A stretch of DNA of 64,000 bases from Tubiluchus corallicola (Eukaryota > Animalia > Priapulida). The stretch lies in assembly GCA_030141605.1 (NCBI GenBank), contig JAQGDQ010000565.1:75319-139318 (forward strand), read 5' to 3'. Of this stretch, positions 10,880-22,963 are shown piece by piece. The position numbers and the translations under genes are program-made. The notes under the pieces are model-generated. The model was not told the DNA's origin. It did no database searches and saw nothing but the letters and a program-made list of their open reading frames with translations. Every line of letters begins with the position of its first letter. Position 1 is the stretch's first letter.

Positions 10880-11804
10880 TACTACTGCCTCTTTCGAGCT
10901 ACAAACTGCTGCATGGTTGATTCATCCGAGAACAAGGCTTTGTTCCAATCCTGGATGGTCCAATGGTTGATTCATCCGAGAACAAGACTTTGTTCCAATC
11001 CTGGATGGTCCAATCTCAATGTCGTTTTGCAAAGTGTTTCATTACTGGGGTTAGGCGTGGCTTACGGGCAGGCTTTCTGGATTTAAGGCCAAACTCCTTG
11101 CTCAAACGCCTAGAAACTGTACTGGCACTCAATTCCAAGCCTGTCAAGCGCATCTGAGCCCGAATCTTCTTGCTGGAGCTCATACGCGAGCGTACCACCA
11201 TGCGTCTCATGATGTGGTCGTCTCTTTGGGTAGAGTCTTCCGCGGACGTCCTGAGCGTACCACCATGCGTCTCATGATGTGGTCGTCTCTTTGGGTAGAG
11301 TCTTCCGCGGACGTCCTGAGCGTACCACCATGCGTCTCATGATGTGGTCGTCTCTTTGGGTAGTCTTCCGCGGACGTCCTGAGCGTACCACCATGCGTCT
11401 CATGATGTGGTCGTCTCTTTGGGTAGTCTTCCGCGGACGTCCTGAGCGTACCACCATGCGTCTCATGATGTGGTCGTCTCTTTGGGTAGTCTTCCGCGGA
11501 CGTCCAGAGCGTACCACCATGCGTCTCATGATGTGGTCGTCTCTTTGGGTAGTCTTCCGCGGACGTCCTGAGCGTACCACCATGCGTCTCACGATGTGGT
11601 CATCTCTTTGGGTAGTCTTCCGCGGACGTCCAGACCGTTGCCTATCGCTGTAAGTGCCATCAGTCTCGAATTTGACGATAGCTTGGTGCACGGTTGTCTT
11701 GGAAAACCGTAATCTAGCACTTATCGCCCTTTCAGTATTCCTTCTTGATGCAAAGTCACGATTTGAACCCTCTTGAGTCTCACTCAATGACGATTTTTGC
11801 CCAT
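10880..11804 (-). pseudogene. Tc1-family transposase remnant with a 7x 63-bp internal expansion
   Basis: Paired HTH region, GRPR linker, KPRL..., and W..VLFSDES (first catalytic D). Several frameshifts; catalytic domain truncated. Confidence 0.9.
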
Positions 11805-13339
11805 TTTTGGATCACAAGAAAAATACAAAAACGGCCGATCTATATGGATAGCGGCAAGCAAATGAGTCACTCATACTCACTAGACGTACTGTTTCAAACC
11901 ACTAGATTTTAAATGCGAAATACTAAATCTGCCTACGGTCGTTTTACTCAACTCATTTGCTTAATTGCTAATTACTACTGTTTCTTAATTATTATTATTT
12001 TTCGCTAAATGTTTGCAGTTACTATTTTCTTCTTGTTTTTCGATTTTTGTACTTCGCAGAATAAATTTATTTCATGTTTATCAAAGCCGTACTGTCGTTT
12101 CCGTTAATATAGGTTAGTTTAAACATAATTTATTTAGGATTAGATCAGACAGTTTGTACAACATGATTTAAGATCCTCACCACAACAGACTTTATACACT
12201 ATTTACAAGAACATTTACAGTAAGAATAGACTATACTTAGTTTTTAGTATACTTTAGTATACTAAAGTTTTACTACAATGATACAGTTAATATAGGTTTG
12301 GGCGCATCCACAAACCTTTTAACGTTAAAGAACGTGTGTAGTTGAAGTGGTGGTTTAAATGAATCCATTATTTTAGGTTCGAATTAAATTCAATAAAAAA
12401 CGCGTTCGAATCGAATTCGAATTGTTCGTGGTCCATGCTGCCTCCTAGTATCAGTAAAGGAAAGCATAAAGGGTAAAATAATGATTTTGATTAAATTATT
12501 AAATTACTAATTCAAGATTAAATGCTTGACGATGTAAGATTAGACTACCGTCGTGGATAGAAGCCTAGTTAGGTGTGGCATCACGTGACCAGCTGATGTT
12601 CGACCGGCTGACTCAGAAGTAAAGATTGATTATGTAATCCTTATGCACAGAAGCTCACGGCGCATTAGGTAGTCAGACAAAAGTGTTTTGAGGCCCGCAC
12701 CTCGGGGGAGATGAGGAACTGACTTGAAGACGGAGGGCTGGCATTACTATCCTCTTATATTTACCGTGTTGCGTTTGATATTTAATAAATGTGTAGTTTA
12801 TTAAATAAAGTCTTGATAGTTTGCCATGCCCATCGTGGCTACCTCACACGCCACGCAATAAACAACAATAATCAGCAAGCAGCTTTAACCACAAGAATAA
12901 ATAGACAAATAATCAAATTATTTTACTGTATCTGCCATGTAGCAAAACAGCGTGTACGAACAAAGAGCGTTGGCGCGCCACGCGGGCAATGCCATTGGTC
13001 ATTACACGTGACCTTGCTTAAACTCGTAAAGCCATGTTACGTAGAGCTTGTTAAGCTAAACAGACGTCTCTTTTCTAGGAGCAGTAACCCCGTGAATCCA
13101 ACTGGTAAGACAAAACATTGTAGGAAGCCGTACGCAGCCATACGCAGCCAACAACCAGGCCCAGCTACGAACTTCAGCCCAAATACTCACTGTTCAGCTG
13201 TTCAACTTTCTGCTTTGCCAAAACCATTGTCCTCATTTCGCAGCAGAATGTCATTTTTTTGCTTTAGGATAATAGCAGACGGGAAATAAGACGTTGGGTT
13301 GTATTTCCGAAGAAACCGAGCTTTCTTACAAAACGTTCT

Positions 13340-13431
13340 TAGCTGTTGCACAACTGTTTACGTACTGTCGGATATTAAAGGTTGATGATCTCGTGACTTA
13401 CAATGTTTGTATCTTTATGTATAAAACACAC

Positions 13432-13432
<1 letters not shown>
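13340..13432 (+). mobile_element. Small CR1/L2-like LINE ORF2 fragment
   Basis: QLFTYCRILKVDDLVTYNVCIFMYK resembles the LF..l.iLk..d.....fmyK motif. Confidence 0.45.
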
Positions 13433-14229
<797 letters not shown>

Positions 14230-15020
14230 CTCGAACGTTCGATTCTCACTCCTAAAAGATAAAATTAATTATTCTTTCAAGGCTGTGTTGTCGTATCAGT
14301 AGCACTTCTCAATGCCTGCCGTGCGGTGCGTCACGCGAATGTTTTTTCTTTGACGCGCAAGCTGTAAAGTTTGTTTCGTAACAGTCTCTGTGCCTTCCCA
14401 ACGACCTCCACTGCCAGAACACCTAATTGCCTTTAACAAGAATAAACTCTGACTGACTTGGAAGTGTCATGCAGCTGGCGACAAGATGTCCATGTGGAAA
14501 ATGCAACAAGATGGGAGACAGAAATAGCAAAGAGCAGAAGAGAAAGAGCAAAACAAGGATTTAAGGTCGAGTCAAGTCAAGTTTGGGTTTAATATAATAT
14601 AGTGAAGTGAAGTTAATGAGTGATTTGACATGAGACGAGGTAAAATAGATTAATTAAGGAAACTAATTAAGGTAGGGATGAGTTAAAAGGCAAGAAACCA
14701 CTTCACAAGGAAGCTTAAAAAATTCGTCTTGAAATTCGACATCACTTACACGTGGCCTTATTGCACACAGAGCTTCCATTAGCAGTAACGCTGTATAAAA
14801 CGTAAATCTAAACTCGTGTGCCATGACCTTTATACACAACCATGCTAATGATAAGTCGTTTGCAACAAGTTTAGATAACATTGTGTAAAGTTTGAAAAAA
14901 TAATCAGAGCATTTGTGGTGCACACGGTGCACACGTCACTAACTAAGCCTAAATTACTTTATATCGTCAAGAAAATCAACAATGTGTTTTTTTTGGTGAA
15001 TCACTGGTGCATACTGGGAT

Positions 15021-15462
15021 TGTGACGCAGTTGGCGGGATCATTGTCGAGAATATAAATTCCGCTTTATTCATATGGGCTTCAATCCAGCTCAGGCCTTT
15101 AGCTAGGACAATTTCTAGAGAAAGATATGTTTTGTTTAGTTTACGGTACGACTTCTTCTTGTACACAATAAAGAATATAGCTCGCACAATTCTATATCTA
15201 AAGATGATTTTCCTTCTACGTATTGGATGTAAAACTTTACAATAAAATGGTCCGAAACCCGGGATTGAACCAAGGACCTTCAGATCCCAACTGAGACCTA
15301 ATAACTTGGCATGATTTGCTAACACTTGGACTTTTTCTGGTAAAAATTCAATGAACTCATTTGAGTTAGAAGACCATTCTCTTAAGTTAAAACCTGGCTG
15401 TTGAGAACAGGGTTTTTGCATCGTTATAGAAAGCTATGGCTTCCCTCAAAGTGGGAAGCCAC
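15021..15462. mobile_element. BEL/Pao-derived composite: LTR-like segment (+), tRNA-Phe PBS extended to ~39 nt, antisense BEL RT fragment (-)
   Basis: TG...AATAAA...TTACA, then TGGTCCGAAACCCGGGATTGAACCAAGGACCTTCAGATC (15248-15286). The minus strand encodes EAIAFYNDAKTLF/GFNLREWSSNS...KLLGLSWD (BEL RT motif). Confidence 0.7.
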
Positions 15463-15580
15463 TTTTTAAATTATTAAAAAATTTCTTTTCAAATTTCAAA
15501 TATAAAAGTCATTCAAATAGGTGAGCATTATGCAAAGTAATATAACTTTGTATGGAAAATTCTTTGGAATCCACTTTTAA

Positions 15581-16243
15581 CTCTCTTCTCCTCTTCTCCT
15601 CTCTTCTCCTCTCTTCTCCTCTCTTCTCTTCTCTTCTCTTCTCTTCTCTTCTCTTCTCTTCTCTTCTCTTCTCTTCTCTTCCCTTCTCTTCTCTTCTCTT
15701 CTCTTCTCTTCTCTTCTCTTCTCTTCTCTTCTCTTCTCTTCTCTTCCCTTTTCTTCTCTTCTCTTCCTTCTCTTCTCTTCCCTTCTCTTTCTCTTCTCTT
15801 CACTTCTCTGCCCTTCTCTTTTCTTCTCTTCTTTTCTCCTTTGCTTTCTCTTCCCTTTTCTTCTCTTCTCTTCTCTTCTCTTCTCTTCTCTTCTCCTCTC
15901 TTCCCTTTTCTTCTCTTCTCTTCTCTTCTCTTCTCTTCTCTTTCCTTCTCTTTTCCTCTCTTCTCTTCTCTTCCCTTTTCTTCTCTTCTCTTCTCTTCTC
16001 TTCTCTTCTCTTCTCCTCTCCTCTCCTCTCCTCTCTTCCTTCTCTTCTCTTCTCTTCTCTTCTCTTCTCTTCTCTTCTCTTCTCTTCTCTTCTCTTCTCT
16101 TCTCTTCTCTTCTCTTCCCTTTTCTTCTTTTCTCTCCTCTTCCCTTTTCTTCTCTTCTCTTCTCTTCTCTTCTCTTCTCTTCTCTTCTCCTCTCCTCTCT
16201 TCTCTTCTCTTCCCTTTTCTTCTCTTTTCCTCTTCTCTTCTCT
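15581..16243. repeat. (TTCTC)n microsatellite
   Basis: Directly visible. Confidence 0.98.
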
Positions 16244-16398
16244 TTGAAAGGGTAATGTTAAATCAGCTAACATGAAAATTAAAGAACCTATGGGCGACGA
16301 GGAAATAAATTAAACAAAGTGGAAAACGATTAAAGCAAAATGGCCATGTTTATCTTTGAAAAAGCCTACCATTTTCAACAGTAAGTGAGTCAGTTTAA

Positions 16399-16885
16399 AG
16401 GAAGACAGGATCATTTTTCACATACTACACCATTTTCAAATCCAATAAAAAGAATACATTTTAACACAAGCAATACTGCAAAAGCATTTCCGACAATTAA
16501 ATAATAGATTAAAAACTTAATTAACGGCGGGTGAGCACAATTATTGATGACATCACAAATTAACATAATTTTCAACAGCAGAAATATTTCACGAGCGTGT
16601 TGCACGTGTTTGCGAAAACGAAAATTGAAGTACAGTGCTACTGTGAGATATTCAGCTAGGCAAGTTTTAAGATAAAAATTCAAATTTACCGCTGTGCTCA
16701 CGCATGAGCTGTCGAACGCGTGTAGTACGTCACAAAGTAGCACATCTGAACTGAGAGGTACAGCACCTGTTTTTTGTGCAACGCGTTTCCTAAATGCAGG
16801 CGCCAGTGCCCGTCTAACTAGCGAATGGCGAAATGCATGTAACAGAGAAGAACTAATGGCGCGAACGGGAAATTAGGTTTGTGTG
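16399..16885 (+). mobile_element. Kolobok-like element fragment (family E)
   Basis: Starts TTAA|AGGAAGACAG; inverted copy at ~54492-54983; small piece near 58130-58250. Confidence 0.7.
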
Positions 16886-17349
16886 ACAATAATTTTGAAA
16901 AAATAGTATATTTACTTTCAATATTTTAAAGTGTAGATTGTTTTGACCCGAGATTAGGTTAAGTTTTGCATTAATCAACTCCTATTAATCAATAACCTAT
17001 CAAATTCCAAATAAACAAGCTTAGTAAACAAGATACAATTAGATATACAAACAAGTAAAAAGAAAACGAGCAACAAACAAATAAAATAAATACGATGTTT
17101 GTTCAGACAAAGTATAATTACTTTTGAACAGACGACAAGACATTAAATTACTAAAATACATTAATTTTATATACAAGTGAGTGAGTGATTTTAATGAATG
17201 GAAGATGCAGCAGCACAAATTTGAATGTCTGTGAAACAATGAAGATGAGATTTCCTGAAAAAATTTCAATTTTAATAAATAAATAAATCTTCTTTTCCAG
17301 CTCTTTTACACCCAGTGGCTGTTATAAATCACGAATGTGAAAATAAGAA

Positions 17350-17789
17350 CCGCACGCACCGGTGTGCGGCTTGCATGAAGTGAAACAATGCCAGTTGTGG
17401 TTAGTACCAGGATGGGTGACCATAGAGAAAACTGCTGCCAGCTATTTACTTCAGCACGTACGCAAATTCGAATGCGTTCAGGTAAAAACACTTCTGACAG
17501 TCCAGTGCCTCACCTAAGGGGATAATGATAATGACTTTGATAATGATCTTCAGGTAAAAAGACTTCTGACAGTCCAGTGCCTCACCTAAGGGGATAATGA
17601 TAATGATAATGATTTTGATAATGATCTTCAGGTAAAAACACTTCTGACTATCCAGTGCCTCACCTAAAGGGATAATGATAATGATAACGACTTTGATAAT
17701 GATCTTCAGGTAAAAACACTTCTGACAGTCCAGTGCCTCACCTAAGGGGATAATGATAATGATAATGATAATGATTTTGATAATGATCT
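17350..17789 (+). mobile_element. 5S rRNA-related SINE-like element with 4 tandem copies of its 3' end plus (ATAATG)n tail
   Basis: 17377-17421 aligns ungapped to the 5S box A to box C region (TGGTTAGTAC..GGATGGGTGACC); tandem units start at 17477, 17549, 17627 and 17705. Confidence 0.65.
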
Positions 17790-18093
17790 GGTCCGGTACC
17801 ACCACAAGCAACGGCGTTAAGCTACTCCTTCCACTGAGTGCAATGGATCCTGTCTTGCTGGAATCAAAAGCTGTATAACAAAACATGATAAAAGCAAAAC
17901 TAGATGCTTATAGTGTAGATCTAAATAACACTGACGATTAGTAATGGGGAAATAAACAAAAATCGACTTGAGTTCATAAATGCAGTTAAATATGGCATTA
18001 GTGAGAAAAAAAGCCAAAATATCGTGGCTTAGAACAGCTGCTTGTAGTTATTATCTCATGACTAGATGCACAAACAACAACTGTTGACCATGT

Positions 18094-19704
18094 TTATGCT
18101 GCCTGCTGACTGCGCAGCATTGTGGCAGCAGAAGGGGTAGCTTGCAGTGGCCCTGGTGTGGACGGTGGCGTGCTTACCGGAGTCCCTTGCGTGGGCGTGC
18201 TATTAGGAGTGTCTGGCTTGCGTTTGCGTTGACACAGGGTCAGTTCTGTTTGCGTCGCCCTAACAAAGCGAGCTGGACGTTTTGTCTCAGCTGCCTCGGG
18301 GAGGGAATCTGTTTGCGTTTGGGAATCTTTGCCCGTGTCCTTCTTTGGTTTGTAGAAAAATGTCACCTCTTCTGCCTCTGATTCGGAGTCTGAATCGTCT
18401 GAACCACGTTTCCCTTTGCGACGCCCCTCTTTTTTCACGGGACCGCTTCTGTCCGTTTGACTTTCGTGTTCCAGGTTTTTTACTTCATCCGTGTTTGTAC
18501 ATGCTTCGCGTTTTTCCACATGGTGTCTTCTGACTGCATAATCTGGATGTCCATGATCAGAGCTGATGGACGGTGACTGAGCATCGCTACTCACGCTGCT
18601 CCTCTCGTCATCTTCTCTCTGCTGTGCTTCTTCTGGAAGCTGAAAGCGCACCACGCGGCCGCTGGAATCTTCCAGATATCCAAGCGTAACCGACCCTTGA
18701 ACGAAAAACGGCTGCTTGTCGGAGGTGCTGGGAGGAGCATCAACAATCAATCCTGTAAACATTGACAGCTTTTCGTTCAGTTGTCGCTTCAACAGGAGAA
18801 ACTCGATTTCCTTCCCCTTTATGACCAACTCTGCGAGGTTCAAAGTGCTCTGGAGGCTGTCCATGACTTCCCGCATCTCGTTCTTGTTCTCCAGGAACTT
18901 TCCCGTTTCTTCCCCGAACATTTCGTGCAACTGCTGTACCAAGTTTTTCTCCTGGAGACGTATGGAACCAGTGAACTGTTGCGCCACGTCGTGTATTTCC
19001 TGTTCCACTTCTCCGATCACCTTCTCCACCGATCTTATCATCTCCAGACCTTTCTTTAGATCGTCGGCTTTGGTCTTACACTGTTCCAGCATGTCGTTAA
19101 TTCTGCTTCTGTGCTTGTTGACGCCGTCCTTGAAGCTGACGATTTCGTGGTCTGCGTGTTCCTCGAACGTGCACAGCACGCAGATGCAACTCTCGCAAGG
19201 TTCGCAGAAGAATCGGACCACCTCGTCCTCGTGTTGCTTGCAAATGATCTCTTTCTCCGTCTCTATGTCGTACACTGAATGGTTCTTGGTGACGGATGTG
19301 TTCTTGTGTTTGTCCACACACGACTGACACAAGATCTTCGAGCATTCAACGCATTTTCCCTTCGCTTCGGTAGTAGTCTTGTGTAACATTTTACAAATTT
19401 CACAACACGGTTTATCCGTATCGCGTTGCCGTTGCACCATCTCCGTTAGACTGGACACGAGGAAATTGTCCGGTAAACGTCGGATGCCTCCAAGCGGAAG
19501 CTGCGTGGGCTTCCGACACACGGGGCAGTTGAATTCCGTGAAATTTCCATACTTAAACGTCCTGACCCCGTCCAGGTGACCTTCGAGGCACTTTTCACAG
19601 AACGTGTGAAGACACGCCAAACTTTTTGGCTTTTCGAATGCCTCGAAGCACACTTTGCACGTTAAAAACTCGCTGTCGATCTCTTGCACTAAGTTCTTGG
19701 CCAT
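18094..19704 (-). CDS. Tripartite-motif (RING, B-box1, B-box2, coiled coil) E3 ligase, TRIM2/3/56-like N-terminus with no recognisable C-terminal domain; 536 aa
   Basis: CKVC..CLHTFCEKC..CPVC RING; CEIC..CVEC..LCQSC..H..H B-box1; CKQH..FFCEPC..ICVLC..H..H B-box2. Start MAKNLVQEIDSEFLTC; a ttttcag acceptor near 19853 implies a spliced 5' UTR. Confidence 0.93.
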   Translation of the reverse strand: MAKNLVQEIDSEFLTCKVCFEAFEKPKSLACLHTFCEKCLEGHLDGVRTFKYGNFTEFNCPVCRKPTQLPLGGIRRLPDNFLVSSLTEMVQRQRDTDKPCCEICKMLHKTTTEAKGKCVECSKILCQSCVDKHKNTSVTKNHSVYDIETEKEIICKQHEDEVVRFFCEPCESCICVLCTFEEHADHEIVSFKDGVNKHRSRINDMLEQCKTKADDLKKGLEMIRSVEKVIGEVEQEIHDVAQQFTGSIRLQEKNLVQQLHEMFGEETGKFLENKNEMREVMDSLQSTLNLAELVIKGKEIEFLLLKRQLNEKLSMFTGLIVDAPPSTSDKQPFFVQGSVTLGYLEDSSGRVVRFQLPEEAQQREDDERSSVSSDAQSPSISSDHGHPDYAVRRHHVEKREACTNTDEVKNLEHESQTDRSGPVKKEGRRKGKRGSDDSDSESEAEEVTFFYKPKKDTGKDSQTQTDSLPEAAETKRPARFVRATQTELTLCQRKRKPDTPNSTPTQGTPVSTPPSTPGPLQATPSAATMLRSQQAA

Positions 19705-20049
19705 GTTGGCGCTAAGTTTCTTTGCGCTGATTAAGAAGAAGATGCGCCTAGGAAGCTGCGGATGCCGGTTTGTTTGAGTCTGCTGTCCTGGTTGAAGCGC
19801 ACGCACTGTCCGATGGATGGTTTGCGTTTCGAAGTTTATCCAAACATCGGAACTGAAAATAGAAACGAACAAATCGTGCTTTAGTTTCCTTTCTGACGAG
19901 ATGTTTATACAAACGTGGGTCTAGTTATAGTTTAAAGCTTATAACTTGTAACAACCTGCGGGCTTCTCTAAACAAAATTACATAATAATATATTGGAATT
20001 TTGTCATACTGGTGATTCAGATAGTAGTACCAATGGAACGACGGCGAAG

Positions 20050-20366
20050 AGGATGGTGATGATGATGACGATGATGATAACGGTGATGATGGCGATGACG
20101 ATGATGATGGTAATATGATGATGATGACGATGATGATGATGATGATGATGATGATGACGATGACGATGATGATAACAGTAATGATAACGGTGATGATGGC
20201 GATGACAATGATGATGGTGATGATGATGATGATGAGGAGGAGGAGGATGACGATGATGATGGTAATATGATGATGATGACGATGATGATGATGATGACGA
20301 TGATGATGATGACGATGATGATAACAGTAATGATGACGGTGATGATGGCGATGACGATGATGATGG

Positions 20367-20438
<72 letters not shown>

Positions 20439-20612
20439 GGATGATGATGACGATGATGATAACGGCGATGATGGGGATGACGATGATGATGTTAATATGA
20501 TGATGATGACGATGACGATGATGATGATGATGACGCTGATGATAACAGTAATGATGACGATGATGATGGCGATGACGATGATGATGGTAATACGATGATG
20601 ATGACGATAATA
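20050..20612. repeat. (GAT)n/(GAC)n degenerate microsatellite
   Basis: Directly visible. Confidence 0.97.
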
Positions 20613-21357
20613 ACAGTATACTTGTTACAGGTCTACCCTAACCTAAATACTTTAACCTAAACAAACGTGAACAGTAAACCTCAATTTCGTAATAATGTAA
20701 TTTAAACTCAACAAGGGTAAATCAAACAACAGATTCGGATTTCTTATTTGTGTGTTACATTCAAGTTTCAATAAGATAAACAACTGCACATTGGAAATTG
20801 AAAGCAACGTAGTATTTGTTTGTTTGTTTGTTTATTTGTTTGTTTCAAATTCATAATAAGAAATAAGATCATTAAATGAATATCGAAGCTGCCTAAGAAG
20901 TCTAGAGAAAAACTGGAAATTATGGCTTCATGCAAGCCGCCACTGTTCCTCAACCACATGTATCAAAACTTTACAGCTTCCATGATTCAAACTCGCTCAA
21001 CATGCAGACGTGTTCAACGTGTCAGATTACAAAAACAAAGAACAATTTTCCGCATTTTCTTTTTGAACTGTTTATGATGTCTTGTGTTATTATGTCAGCG
21101 TCATAGTGGCACAGTTCGACGAAATGTCCCAAAAGCAATTCTTCTTTCTTCTTCTTCGTTCTTCTTCTTTTTCTTCTGCCAACAAGTCTCGAAAAGCGCG
21201 CACTCTCAATAAAAATGATATTATAAACGTTCTCTGATTGAACCTGAAAACCTTTGTCCAAGCTTCGAAGATTTTCATCAACCAAAAAACTACTTTCCTC
21301 GGAAATCGTACACAGGAAAACATTTTACTAACGCTACAGGTAAATCCTGTTCATTAA

Positions 21358-21915
21358 AGGAAAACCGGATGATTGTGTCAACACGAGTTCAGAATAAAGA
21401 ATGCTGTAAAAGAGTGAAAACTACAAAAGCTTATTTTAAATCAAAGCTTAGATTAAATAATAATTACCTCGGATACTCAAATTTCGTTAAACTTTCAAAG
21501 CCACGCGCGACTCAGTGAATCTAATAAGATTCGCAGCGGCGCCTTTTTGTCACATTCGTATGGCCGACAAATAAAAGGCGGTGCCATGATAACCATGATC
21601 ATGAAATGCAGTGTTAGTTTCTGACGTCATATGATGTAGAGCCCATTTTTCGTAACATCATGCGTTTAAGCAGTACTGTAACACTTGTGCTTGTGCTATG
21701 CAAATGTGCTTGATGCACAAGGGAAGACGCCTGCCATTGCACAAACTGTAGTTAGTTTCTGACGTAAGCAATAACTGTGTTCGGTTGCCATTAATTAACT
21801 TTCTAAGCTAATTATTCAAATACAAGAAACAATTGCTAACTTTTATAGATAAGAAAATGTAAATTCTGGACAGTAAATTAAAATGAGATTGAGTCTAAAC
21901 AATCATCCCGTTTCC
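21358..21915 (+). mobile_element. Kolobok-like MITE family B, near full-length
   Basis: TTAA|AGGAAAACCGGATGATTG start; colinear with 51743-52275. Confidence 0.85.
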
Positions 21916-22487
21916 GTCCCGCCTGCTAGCAGCTGTTGTACATTTTGAAATGGGGCTTCATTCATCACTTGCATTACTTGACTAAACTGTCTTTCAGCAA
22001 CTGCAGAAATCGTAGGGAAACCACAAACTTCGCTGATGCTGTGCAAATTTGAGTTTCCAAAATTCTGCAAGATTCAAGTTGTTTCGTCGGGCAAAGTTTT
22101 TTTATCAGCGAAATCTAATTTTTCACGAAAAACGAATTCTGCTTTTTCTTACGTGCAGTTGAACTTACGAGTTGAACAACTTTAGTTAAATTATGTCAAA
22201 TGCACGAAACAGCCAGCTTCTATGAATCACCTTGTTTATTGAGTAACGATCTATTGAAGCCATTATCAAACTATAAATGAAGCCAAAAATAAGAATGAAT
22301 AATTCATTAATGATACAAAGGTACAAGACAACAGATTAGAATTTAACTTATCAAAACAGGCTAGGTTGTAACAGAAGTCTCTGCGATTACTGAGTGACGA
22401 TCGTTTCGGCTTTTGAAGCCATTATCAATTATATATATATATATATATACAAACACCTAAAAATGTCATGAGCCTGTAAGTAAACTT

Positions 22488-22571
22488 GTATACATACATA
22501 CATACATACATACATCATACATACATACATACATACGTACGTACGTACGTACGCACGCACGCACTCACTCA

Positions 22572-22637
<66 letters not shown>

Positions 22638-22641
22638 AACA

Positions 22642-22673
<32 letters not shown>

Positions 22674-22685
22674 CACACACACACA
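22488..22685. repeat. (TACA)n/(CA)n/(CGCA)n microsatellite
   Basis: Directly visible. Confidence 0.97.
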
Positions 22686-22963
22686 TTGTATATGTATATT
22701 TAATCTAGTCAAATTTTTAAAGGGCGGAAAATTATTAAGCGAGAAGTTACGTATATATTGTATATTTGAAAATATTTTGGTCAATAAATCTACTACTACT
22801 AATCTACTTAAGGTGACCAAAGTTTGTGACCTAGACGTATGACTTCAGGATCTTTTACCCAATATTAAAGATACAGTACCTTCCTCAGAATCAACACCAC
22901 AGTTAAAAGCTAATATAGGACTTTAAAAGCCGACGCACTGCGCTAACGAATAACAGCCGAATT

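Noticed and set aside
15248-15296. Functional tRNA-Phe gene
   Set aside because: Lacks the 5' acceptor strand and anticodon and has an encoded CCA; it is a reverse-transcribed fragment.
17377-17421. Functional 5S rRNA gene (also 49312-49356)
   Set aside because: Only ~70% similar over the control region and embedded in SINE-like bodies.
19705-19872. 56-aa N-terminal extension of the TRIM ORF
   Set aside because: Non-ATG start that crosses a splice acceptor near 19853; MAKNLV directly before the RING is the typical start.
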